From Schmidtea polychroa (Eukaryota), in NCBI GenBank assembly GCA_044892525.1, contig CM097885.1, positions 222,518,001 to 222,582,000 on the forward strand: 64,000 nucleotides of DNA, in the 5' to 3' direction. A program made the translations under genes and the position numbers. This document shows, piece by piece, positions 24,991 to 35,699 of the stretch. Below the pieces are notes generated by a model that had not been told where the DNA came from, ran no database searches, and saw only the letters and a program-made list of their open reading frames with translations. Position 1 is the first letter of the stretch, and the number at the start of each line of letters is the position of its first letter.

Positions 24991-27819
24991 CTATGTCAAA
25001 AATATAGAACTTACATCTTGATAGATATTGTCTACTTGTAATTTACAAAGTAATGTTTCGAAATTGGAATTTTGATCGTTTTGATGGAAAGCGTTAGAGG
25101 ATGAACTTGAATTACAATAAAGAGGATCAAGAATCAGTTTCATTGAATCTTCAATGATATTCTGATTAAATGCATCGTTATCTGTTACTAGATCTAAAGG
25201 AATATCGTAGGACTTTTTAGAATCTTTTTGGTTTTTAATATCCTTGATTTTCTCATCTTTTCGACAATTATTTGTAACAGCCGAGTGACCGGAATTTCTG
25301 TACATACATCTTTTTCTGTAGCAAAAATAAAAAATAAACACCACTAGCACAATAGATATCAATGAAGAAATCCCAATAATCGAAATCATTACTGGAAATG
25401 TGAGTGATGACGATAATGGAAATTGTAAGTACGACCTATCATGTCCCATTATGTACACAATTAAACTTTGTGAAGTATGAATATTTTTGGAATTTGCGTC
25501 GATTGCTTGAAGCTGAAGGGTTAGTTCACCTGGTTTTATGTTAAGTCTTTTGAAAGTTATTTCACCAGTCACGTGGTTTATTTCAAAAATGTCATTATGA
25601 TTATGGAGAAAGTAGTGTACCACATTATACTTATCACTGTCATTATCGACGGCTCTCACTCTTGTTAAAACTGAATCGCGGATGTTTTGTAAAGATATGT
25701 TCATTACATTGTCACGAATGTTTGGATATTGCCAGACTGGACCGTTATCATTTGTGTCAACTACATGAATATAAAATCTTTGGATATTACTTAAAGGAGG
25801 TTTTCCACTATCTGTTACTTTAACTGTGATTGAATACAAATCACACTCTTCATAGTCTAAGGTCACGTTAGAATAGATGATTCCAGTTGTGGGATTTAGT
25901 TCAAAAAGCTTTTCATTAATAGACCTTACATTGTTTTCGGAAGTTGTATTGAGCAAATAGTAATTAAGTTTGGAGTTGATTTCACTATCTTCGTCGAATG
26001 CTTGGATTTTTCCAATTTCATAGAAACCTTTTAAATTTTCTTGGACTTCAAATCTATTGGAAGCCAGTGAGAATTTCGGAACATTATCATTTACATCTAT
26101 CACATAGACAACAATTCTGGCGGAGGAAGTGAAGGATTTTATTCCACGATTGATTGCTAAAACGTTGAAAGACAACCTTTTAATTTTTTCATAATCTAAA
26201 ACAATTTTTGTTGAAATTATTCCGGAATTGTCTATTGTAAACCAGGTTGAACCTGGATCGGTGAGATCCAAGATTCTAGATTGGGTTAAATCTCGATCGT
26301 ATACTTTCACTGTTTTAACATTGGTTTCCGGGGATGTGTTTTCTTTGATGTATATTTCATATAAGTTTTGATCGAATGTTGGTTGGTATTCGTTTTCGTC
26401 TTTGATGTGGATCTCGACTTTTGTGGTCGCTGAATTTTGCGGTTCACCGTGATCATAACACAAAATATTTAGTGAAAAATATTTTGTCTCTTCGGCATCA
26501 AACGATTTGTCGGCAAGCAATTTATAAATACTTCTTTCATTTGTTTCAATAACGTTTATGATTTTGAAATAATTCAAGTAATTCTTATTAATAATTGACT
26601 GAATGTGACAAGAACATCGGGAATTTTCACCTTGATCGAGATCAGACACTGTTATAAAGGCTAATTGAAATGGAATTCTATTATTTTCTGACACTTCAAT
26701 AACAGTGTGATTCTGAAATTTAGAAATGAGAAAAGAATCTATCGGATTGACGAGAATCACCGGACTGTGGTTGTTTACATCGACGACGTGAAGAAAGATC
26801 CATGTTCGTCCGATCAAAGGATTCGGAGCTTTGTCAATGGCTTTGATAGAAAATTTAAATTTTGTCGGTTGATTAAATCTTTTAATAATTGAAATTTGAC
26901 CGGTTTTTTTGTTGATAGAAAAATACTTTTTCACTTCGTCCGCACCGGAGCTAAAACTGTATTCTAATTCACCAAATTCTCCATCGTCTTTATCGAAAGC
27001 TTTCGGAGAGAGAACAATTTCCCCGATTTGAGTATCTTCGTTTATAATTGCCGTATAATTCGATCTGTAAAACATGGGGGATTCATCATTTTCATTCGTA
27101 ATATTAATTATTATAGTTTGATTTCCACACAATGAAGGCTTACCATTGTCACAGGCTATTAGGATCACTTTATAGTGTTTTGTATTTTCATAATCAATAG
27201 GTCGTTCTAAAATAAGTTTCAAAGGGTTTTGTGATAAACTGAAAGGGAAATTAGATCTGTGTAAATGTTGAATCCCATATTGAATGGGTTGGAATTGATC
27301 TGAATCTAAGTCGACAGGTTCCTCTAAATTGATCTGAGTCTTCACTTTTGAAATTTCACTCAAAGATATCGACAAAAAAATTTGTCGAAATGCTGGCATA
27401 TTGTCATTGATGTCTATTATTTCTATATTGACATAAATCCACATCAGTTTATTTACAGAAACTATTTGGAGAATGGTACAGTTCTCATTTCTCTTTATCA
27501 TATTCAACTGGCATACGGATTCTCGGTCGATCTCAGAAATTGTCACCAAGTCTCCTGAGGAATTGTTGATTTTGAAAAGATTTTTCAAAGATCTCCCATA
27601 TCGGTTATGTGAGAGAGAGTGCGGTTCTTTGAAATCTTCTGAGTTTTCCAGTTGAAGTTGCACGTTACTGAAAAAGAATAATTGTGCAGATAAATTGATA
27701 TTTCCAACAATCGTTCCAATTGAGCAATTTTCAACAAGTTTGAAGGAAATTTCTTTCAGCATGGCTTTCGAAGAAAACAAAAGGTTCAGAATCAAAACTA
27801 GAAATCCTACTATCCACAT
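24991..27819 (-). CDS. Protocadherin, delta-like: signal peptide, 7 cadherin repeats, TM segment, cytoplasmic tail; large first coding exon
   Basis: 942-aa uninterrupted ORF with a hydrophobic N-terminus. Repeat linkers DINDNMP, NENDESP, DVNNHSP, DENEYQP, DVNDNVP and DTNDNGP define 7 EC repeats. EC1 has DRESVC...C (protocadherin-type Cys pair). TM segment is VMISIIGISSLISIVLVVFIFYFCY. Confidence 0.97.
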   Translation of the reverse strand: MWIVGFLVLILNLLFSSKAMLKEISFKLVENCSIGTIVGNINLSAQLFFFSNVQLQLENSEDFKEPHSLSHNRYGRSLKNLFKINNSSGDLVTISEIDRESVCQLNMIKRNENCTILQIVSVNKLMWIYVNIEIIDINDNMPAFRQIFLSISLSEISKVKTQINLEEPVDLDSDQFQPIQYGIQHLHRSNFPFSLSQNPLKLILERPIDYENTKHYKVILIACDNGKPSLCGNQTIIINITNENDESPMFYRSNYTAIINEDTQIGEIVLSPKAFDKDDGEFGELEYSFSSGADEVKKYFSINKKTGQISIIKRFNQPTKFKFSIKAIDKAPNPLIGRTWIFLHVVDVNNHSPVILVNPIDSFLISKFQNHTVIEVSENNRIPFQLAFITVSDLDQGENSRCSCHIQSIINKNYLNYFKIINVIETNERSIYKLLADKSFDAEETKYFSLNILCYDHGEPQNSATTKVEIHIKDENEYQPTFDQNLYEIYIKENTSPETNVKTVKVYDRDLTQSRILDLTDPGSTWFTIDNSGIISTKIVLDYEKIKRLSFNVLAINRGIKSFTSSARIVVYVIDVNDNVPKFSLASNRFEVQENLKGFYEIGKIQAFDEDSEINSKLNYYLLNTTSENNVRSINEKLFELNPTTGIIYSNVTLDYEECDLYSITVKVTDSGKPPLSNIQRFYIHVVDTNDNGPVWQYPNIRDNVMNISLQNIRDSVLTRVRAVDNDSDKYNVVHYFLHNHNDIFEINHVTGEITFKRLNIKPGELTLQLQAIDANSKNIHTSQSLIVYIMGHDRSYLQFPLSSSLTFPVMISIIGISSLISIVLVVFIFYFCYRKRCMYRNSGHSAVTNNCRKDEKIKDIKNQKDSKKSYDIPLDLVTDNDAFNQNIIEDSMKLILDPLYCNSSSSSNAFHQNDQNSNFETLLCKLQVDNIYQDVSSIFLT

Positions 27820-27972
27820 GAAAACATTGATTCCTGTTTAATTGTTGGCAATTATCATGGGGCATAAAAACCAATTTAATAAATTTTTTTTTAATTTTCT
27901 TATAACCTAATTAATTATAGTCCTTGTATTTTTGAAAAAAAATAAAATTGATCTTTTTTTTTGTTTTAATTT

Positions 27973-28110
27973 TATTATTATAATTGGTTGATCTGGAGAA
28001 TCTTTATAATTCTTTGCATTATCGATGAATTTATAAAACCCAAAGTTTGATTTATTCAGTTTTTTGAAAACCTCCAATTAGAGAATTTATTATTTATCTG
28101 CAATTTGATT
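27973..28110 (-). promoter_or_regulatory. Candidate CCAAT boxes upstream of the protocadherin
   Basis: attggtt on the + strand (AACCAAT on the gene strand) at about 27973-27980 and 28101-28107, 150-290 bp upstream of the ATG. Short motif, TSS unknown. Confidence 0.3.
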
Positions 28111-29049
28111 GGTTGATAGTTCGAATGTATATTTTAATTGATTAATAACCGATTTACAATTCTTATTTTTATTTTTAGGTTCTTTTGCATTTTTTGTATT
28201 TTGTAAACTATTAATTAATAGATAATTAAAAAAATATATTTGTGAGTTTACATTTAAGTTTAATTCTTTACACTCAATAATTGTTTTTAAATATTAAATA
28301 AGTAAAAATGGAATAAATTTCACATTAATGAAAAATAATTATTTTTTATAAGTATCATTTAATAAATAATATGATTGAATGTATTTTTAATAGTAATTTG
28401 AATGTAATTTTAAATATATCGTAAAAACAGATAATACAAGTTTTAATTAAAGTTTATAAAATTAAATATTAGAATTAAATAAAAATATTAAACATGTATT
28501 TAAATGTTTTATTTTTAAGTATTTCCCCAAACAGCAAGTGCTGAAGCATTAAATAATACTGGTAAAATATATTTACATTTGAACATAATTGGTTATTAAA
28601 TTTATTTACTGATATGGCTATAAAATTAGGTCTTTTTTAAAGGATTAAAAGATGAATCTATTGAATTTACAAAATTTATTCAATATTTATACAATCATTT
28701 GGAGGAGATAAAGAAATAAAATCTTTAAATGGATGAAAAATTAGTTAATATTTTATCCACAAAATATTCATCAACTCTATTTTTTAACACATTGGCCACC
28801 AGCATATTTTTATCTCTATGCCACAGGAAATTGTGAATATTTAATAAATTTTAGATTTTTCAAAGTTTTGCTACTAAATTTTCAATGAAAACTATTACTA
28901 CTATAATAGGCTATTACATATACACCAATAAAATGATTACCAACAAGCCAGGATTTATATTATTACAATGAACTGAGGTACAAGTTATCTCGCACTTGGC
29001 GGTGAATGTGTTGATACTATCAACTTGATAGTAAATCTTAAGAATTTAC

Positions 29050-29770
29050 AACTAAATTTCGAATACCTTTACACTTAAATAGAGAATTTTATTAAGAAAT
29101 TGGATTACAATGGTTTACAGTTGATAATAATATAAACAATGTTAGAGATAAAAATAATAAAATAAAAATACATTGAAACATGGACTTTTCTTCTGGTATA
29201 ATTATACCTCCTGAAGCATATGCATTAAGTGCTTTATTTTCAACAATTAAAACCCCAGTACATGAGGTTTTCACGGCTAATAAATTAAGCTTTGTAGATC
29301 AATTAGAACAATATAAATCGTGGTGTTAAAAGTTGGTGTAAAAATAAATGAAGAAATTTCATATCCTATAGATTTTAAAATAGATCTTCCAACTGCTAGA
29401 ATAAATCTTTTTATAGCAACAAGTTATTGTATTTTTTTAAAAATAAATGATTTATTAGGATTTGAAGAATTAAGAAGCAGTGTTTCATCATCATCTATTA
29501 ATATAAGTAATATAGCATCTATTAATCTAACCTGTGAGTTAATACAAGGAATATATCAAGATGGAAAACAGAATAACTCCCAGTATAATTTTCCATATGG
29601 AACTGTACCCCATGGATATAGAATCTGTCGAATAATAAACAATTCTACTTATTTACCAACAATCATAAAAACTATTGATTCCATATCTTTCAAAATTGTT
29701 GATCAAAATAATAATTTGTTGGATTTCGATGGAGTAACAATTTAATTTAGTTTACATTTCTGGCAGGTCT
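29050..29770 (+). pseudogene. Polinton/adintovirus-type minor capsid protein (penton), isolated relic
   Basis: ORF 29320-29745: INISNIASINLTCELIQGIYQDGKQ...YNFPYGTVPHGYRI...NSTYLPT...IDSISFKIVDQNNNLLDFDG. Upstream pieces EIGLQWFTVDNNINNV and GIIIPPEAYAL. Recognisable penton pattern. Confidence 0.8.
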
Positions 29771-32584
29771 GAGTGCAATCGACTTGCGACAGGTTTAGTT
29801 TTTTAAAAATGAATGACCATTTATATGGATTCTTAAAGACCTTTAAATTCTTGAAAAGACCCTTAGATTCTCAAAGACTAGATTTTTAGATTCTTATGAT
29901 TTTTGATTCCTAACGCTCATTTCCTGGAAAAACAGTTCCATTTGAACACTATATTATAAAAGTTATAGAAAGTTTAGATGAAATTAATAAAAAATATGGA
30001 ACTAATAGGACTGATTTATGTTTTAGAATTATTTTCTATACAAGTACTGTAGATGCACCCATTTTCTCCCCATGACACATTTTCATACCAAAATTGCAAA
30101 ATTGTAATGTTAACAAAATATTGACCCCGGCGTATTACGAAATTATTAAATTATGAAACCAACTTTTTTTATATACTGTGGCTGATTATGAAACAAACTT
30201 TTTTATACATCATAACCCCGTGGTCTTGGGTGTTATGGGTGGTAATGAGTGTTCCTACACTACTGGAGGAGTCTTGATTTGCAAACTTATAAATCAAAAT
30301 GAAACTCTTTATTTATAAATTATATTAAATATAAATAAATATAAAATTATAAATTTCAATTAACGCTAAACATTGAATAAAATAAATGTGATCAAAAGAT
30401 TTTTGGGTTTGCGATTAAAATTTACTTTTATTTTACAGAGTGATTTTTCAAATAAAGAATATTTAATTCTTGAATTTATTATAATTGCTAGAATAAAAGA
30501 AAGCTCAAGGTGCTTCTTTTTATATATGTATTTTATATATTTATTAAATCGCGGCAAACCATAATGGATTAGATTTGGTGCCAAATATGGTTCCAACTGC
30601 TCCGGGTACAATATTTTATTACCTTTTTATTTTACGTAATTATATTTGAATATATCTAGCTCTATTTATGGGTACCAATAATGCGCATTTATTTTTGTAA
30701 GGTGTCTTCAGCTGAGAATTAAATATTTTAAATAGTTTAAAATAAATTAAAATAATTAATAATTAATTAAGTAAATAATTAAATTATTAAAATCAGAAAT
30801 TAATTTTTAATATTAAGTAATTTTAAAAAAATATTTTGTTCGAAGCTGAAAATTAATTGTAAAAGCTTTTTTAAAAATTAAATATTATCGTGCTATTGAT
30901 AAATTTTGGATTATGTATTCGACTTCAAGTTTTTCAACGAAAAACAATCTTAAAAGATTTTCTAGCAACATCTAAAAATTTTAATTTAATTAAAATTAAT
31001 TATTTAATAATTTACTTCCAGCTTCATAAAAATATTTTTGAATATATCCCAAAAATATTAACATAAAAATTACTTTGTTTTAACTATAATTATTACTTAA
31101 TAAAATATTTTTATTTAAATATTTAATATGAAAAATCATAAAAGTGCAATTTTGAAATGTGTTATACAATATTAATTTTAATTTATTTTTAGTCTTTTAT
31201 AACTATTTTAACTTTTTTTTATCTATTTAAACAATGACAAATTCTTTTAAAATATTGACAAAAAATAAATTGGACAATATTTTATTTATATGTTTTAATG
31301 TAAAAATAATTGTAAATAATGTCATGCAACTAAATATTATGATATTTATGATTTAGAAAAATGTAAATAGCTTCAAACGATGTTTTAATGAGATTTGGAT
31401 AGACTTATAATGATCTTTAATATGGAGAATTATCACATTTTTCATCTATTTGCTATAACACCTGTTCAGGGTAATGTTACAGTTTAGCATTAAAATCCGA
31501 ATGCGTTTAATGTTTCTTTAACTTAATGAAAGCAGCTGTTTTCTCTCTTTAATTCATGAAATTAAATATTAATTTTTCTACAGAAAATAATAATTGTGAA
31601 AAAATTATTTTTAACTATTTAACATTTTGATATGTACTTAAAATATATTAATATACAATTAATATAAAATTAATATACAATTAATATACAATTATACGGT
31701 TAATATATAATTAATTTATACAGTTATAGGCATTCAAATATCTAAAAACAGTTTTGTTTTAATTAGATTTCAGAAAATAGATATCTACTTTCTGTATTTG
31801 ATATCAAAAGACAATTAGGAATTGGAAGAACAACCTCTTCGCTAATAAAAATTAGGATTGTGATGTATTATTCAGAGTGCTACTTTTTAAAGGAAATTTT
31901 CATTGTTACTTATTTAAGATTTGGATTTGCTGAGAGCGGCAATACACCTATGGTTGCCCACCATTGCAACTATTTTCCGGTATTTTCATATAGTGTTAGG
32001 GAATCGGCGGAAAGGTGAACGCCGTTACGGTAGCTATTCACCACAAATCCATCCTGCAGGGTTTTTGACTGTCGATAGATGATTATTTCTTCCGTTGTCA
32101 TGGTAGTTAAGTCTCTATACGTTAATCTTAAAAAGATACAAAAATCATAACATTTTTTTAGATAGTAATACAAACAAGTCAAATTACTAATTCTTAGTCC
32201 TTCTAATTTTGGGATTTTGCACGCATTAGAATCTAATACTTTTTGTTCCTTAACATAAATTCATTTCTGCAAGCTGTTACCTCTGGGATATCTCAGAATT
32301 CACTAATTTCTTAATTTGGCGACATTAGATTGGTAACCACGTGGTGTACTCACTAAGTAGCGAGACTCTTATTAATTAACCAAATTGTAAATGTATATAT
32401 TCAGACGTATATATAGGTAAATAGTATGAGATATTACTAAGAAATAAAAAGTCTAATGTTGCACTTAAGTTGCATTAACAAGCACTAAAATTGCATTCGA
32501 CGTCGCAGTAAAAATATTCTTAAATACAAATATTATAATGGATTTTAAAATAAAAAAAACATTCATCGAGCATAAAAAAATAGT

Positions 32585-32925
32585 TTATGATGTTTCCATC
32601 TTAAAGTTTCTTTCTTTAGATTAAATATTTCCAAGAAATGAAAACCTTCGCTCAATTGATACCAATGTTGCTTGACGTGTAAACAGATGAGAATATTCTT
32701 GCAGAGAAACCATTGGATTATTCAATTTTAAATTTCAAACGTTTTTGAACATAATTTAGAAACTGACATGGATCAGCTGAAAAGTTATATTGAACTAATT
32801 TGTATGCTTGCTTCAACCTATATTTGAATACCACTGAGAAATTATTCTAAGCTGATTTATTGCTGACATCTTAATTAGCCTTTTAGACGATTATACCAGA
32901 TTCATCTCAAGAATTAATGTTTCGA
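32585..32925 (-). mobile_element. hAT-family transposase C-terminal relic
   Basis: KYRLKQAYKLVQYNFSADPCQFLNYVQKRLK followed by TRQATLVSIERRFSFLGNI*SKERNFKME (the T...ERxFS dimerisation motif). Confidence 0.65.
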
Positions 32926-33189
32926 CCAGTCAGAGAGGGGAATGACTTCTCATTTGACTGGTTGTGACTGGTGCGATTTGATGGACATTGTGTCAAGCAC
33001 ACAGGCGTGGGCGGGGTTGTGTTTTGTCATTTTGATCGCGTCTGTGTTCGCGTTGTTATTAAAATGGTTATATTGTGTTAGAATGCGCACAAAGACGTGG
33101 ATAATGTTCTTTTTTTGAGAATGTCAGAGATTTTTTCTAATGTTTTGTTTAAAAAGATATAATTTTGCCTCTTTTTGAATATGAAAGGA

Positions 33190-33632
33190 AATAAAGTTTT
33201 GAAATAATGATGGCCGAGGAAGCGTTGGAAAAAGTTGATGAATTATTAACAGAATATTTGTCGCGAATTTGTCACATCGATTTATGAAAATTTTATTTGT
33301 CTCATGTGAAAGATCAAGATAACAAAACTCCTAGTTTCAAAGAAAGAATGGCTCATGCTTATGACTATGCAGTAGATAAAATGGGTTTGGATTTAAAGAC
33401 TTTTCCTATTTTGTCAGATTATATGAATTTCTTAAAATCAACTCAAGTCAAACGTCAGCGAATCTATCATCGGGCTTATGTTACGCCCTTGCTTCGTATT
33501 GAGACAATTTGGAGAGACTATAATGCTTTCGAAACTTCTATTAAAAGCGTCATCGCTAGGAGAATTATCGAAGAATTTGGAGCTTTGATTTCAAAAGATG
33601 GTCAAACTCGAGAACATATTTTGTTGACTTAG
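33190..33632 (+). pseudogene. CSTF3: Fragment of cleavage stimulation factor 77 kDa subunit (CstF-77/Su(f)), HAT-repeat region
   Basis: EKVDELLTEYLSRICHIDL*KFYLSHVKDQDNKTPSFKERMAHAYDYAVDKMGLDLKTFPILSDYMNFLK...RIYHRAYVTPLLRIETIWRDYNAFETSI...ARRIIEE aligns from memory with the CstF-77 N-terminus (HIDLWKCYLSYV...SYKEKMAQAYDFALDKIG...IEQLWRDYNKYE). It has a W-to-stop change and a short internal deletion, and no flanking exons. Confidence 0.88.
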
Positions 33633-33664
33633 GAACTTAGAGTCAAGCAAATGATTATTGATCA

Positions 33665-34160
33665 AAATAAAAACTGGCTTGATAAAATTCCTTTTGATTT
33701 AATACCATTAATTATTGACATTATATTAGGAAATTATATTATAGGAGCACTATTGAAGGGGGATGATTCAAGCCAAGATCCGTATCTTCTAACGATTGTC
33801 ATAGAGGATTTCCAAATAGCTGAAAAATCTGATTCACGCTTCTTGTTTTTGACTGTGGCTGCTTTCACCCTTGCAATGAACGCATCGACTTTCTTGAAAC
33901 TTGTTTATATCTTTAGAGCGCAATTACATAATAGGTGAGCAACATACGTGAAATAGCTTGAGATAAAAATGCTTAAGTTCCGTTGGATATCAATAGAAGA
34001 AAATGGTTTTGATTTGTTTCAATATTTCTATTTTGAGAAATAAACTAAATACCAAAATATATTTGCGTTCATTTATTTATATTCATACGATTCACAATAC
34101 TTCTTGGATGGATCACATATGTTATTGAAAATAAATAGTTAATAATGGTAGCTTGAAATA
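33665..34160 (-). mobile_element. hAT-family transposase central relic (same family as 32585-32925)
   Basis: NHFLLLISN, LKHFYLKLFHV, VAHLLCNCALKI, KVDAFIARVKAATVKNK, VRRYGSWL, FPNIMSII...KGILSSQ. These correspond to the CxAH-LLHNC and TRWxSW regions. Confidence 0.75.
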
Positions 34161-34481
34161 ATCACTTTCAGAATCTTGTCAGCTAGAATCTGATGATACA
34201 GTCATTCCTGATCCTGAACTATCAAGCACATTAGAATCCACATCAGCTTCAGACATCGTTCCAAAGCCTAGTTTACCGTGAACGAGGAACTCCAGATAAG
34301 AAATTTTAAAAAAGTTATTTATTTAAATAAAGTTATTATTTCATTTTTTTAAAAATAATATCCCTCAATTCTAGAATAAATTTCGGTTTTTCGCAGGTTA
34401 ACTTTTTTTAAATTTAAATTTATTATTTTCCTTTCTATTTGGTCTTTTTTTGTTAGGGTTAATAATTAGATATTTACAACC

Positions 34482-34522
<41 letters not shown>

Positions 34523-35699
34523 TTTTATAATTATCGAAAAAAAATATACCAACATTAAAATAGATTTTGTAAATAATNNNNNNNNNNNNNNNNNNNNNNN
34601 NNNNNNNNNNNNNNNNNNNNNNNNNNNNNNNNNNNNNNNNNNNNNNNNNNNNNNNNNNNNNNNNNNNNNNNNNNNNNNNNNNNNNNNNNNNNNNNNNNNN
34701 NNNNNNNNNNNNNNNNNNNNNNNNNNNNNNNNNNNNNNNNTCATGAAACAAAATTCTAATAAATAAACAAAACAAGACAAATATACTGCGGTGGACAGTT
34801 TCAATTAGACTGTTTATTTGAAAACAAAATTCGTGAATTTAGTTGTTTTTCTCCAAGGACGAATTAATTTCGGCGAATATTAAAGAATTTAAACATAAAA
34901 TGACTAACGGCAAATTACGAAAAATAAGTAGCATGAACTTGCAAAGAAGCAAATATTTTATACCGAAGTTCTTTTAAATATTTGAAAATTGTTTTCAATC
35001 TCTAAAATTCAAAATAGGGCTACAAATTTCAAATTTAATTGTTTCTCTTAATTGAATTCTCATTTCTCAAAACAGAGAGAAAAGTTATAAAAATGAAATT
35101 CTACCTGAAACTGTGTCGAAATAAAATTTAATCAAATAACAATAATTTATATTTCAGAATAAATTTGAATTCCGTGTTTCACTAAATATAGATTCCTGTT
35201 GGAATCTTTTCGAATGGAAAAATGTTTTAATTTCAGATTTTTTTTTATAATTTATATTTTATGGAGATTTTAAGAGACTTCAAACGGAAAATAATTTTTA
35301 GCATTATAAAAGTTTTTAATATAATTTAAAAAATTATTTTGAATTTAAATATAATTTAAGATATTGAATTAAATATTTATAAATTTAAACAAATTAAAGT
35401 AATATGTATTTTTAAAAACTAAAAATATTTTATTATCTACTAAATAATTGACTGCTTTATATTTCTAGTTAGCATAAACAATAAAGCTCAATTTTGACAA
35501 AATGTTTTTATTGAATTGAAGTTTCAGATTTGTGACTTTGCTTCAAGAATGTTTCAACATGGTCCATGAATATCTGTAAACTTAATGAAACGATGGATTT
35601 CATACAATTATAAGTCAATCTATTTCGCTCTTTGGAATTCATTCCCACATCTTTAAGTATGTTGTTATTTTTATTGTATTATAACAACCACCAAGGTGG

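Noticed and set aside
26707-27655. Plus-strand ORFs 26707-26892 and 27473-27655
   Set aside because: Antisense shadows of the protocadherin CDS.
31970-32182. YRNGVHLS resembling the SGNH esterase DGxH motif of LINE ORF1
   Set aside because: A single short motif with the Asp missing and no other LINE features nearby.
33651-33938. 95-aa + strand hydrophobic ORF
   Set aside because: The opposite strand carries clear hAT transposase motifs, so this is a shadow ORF.
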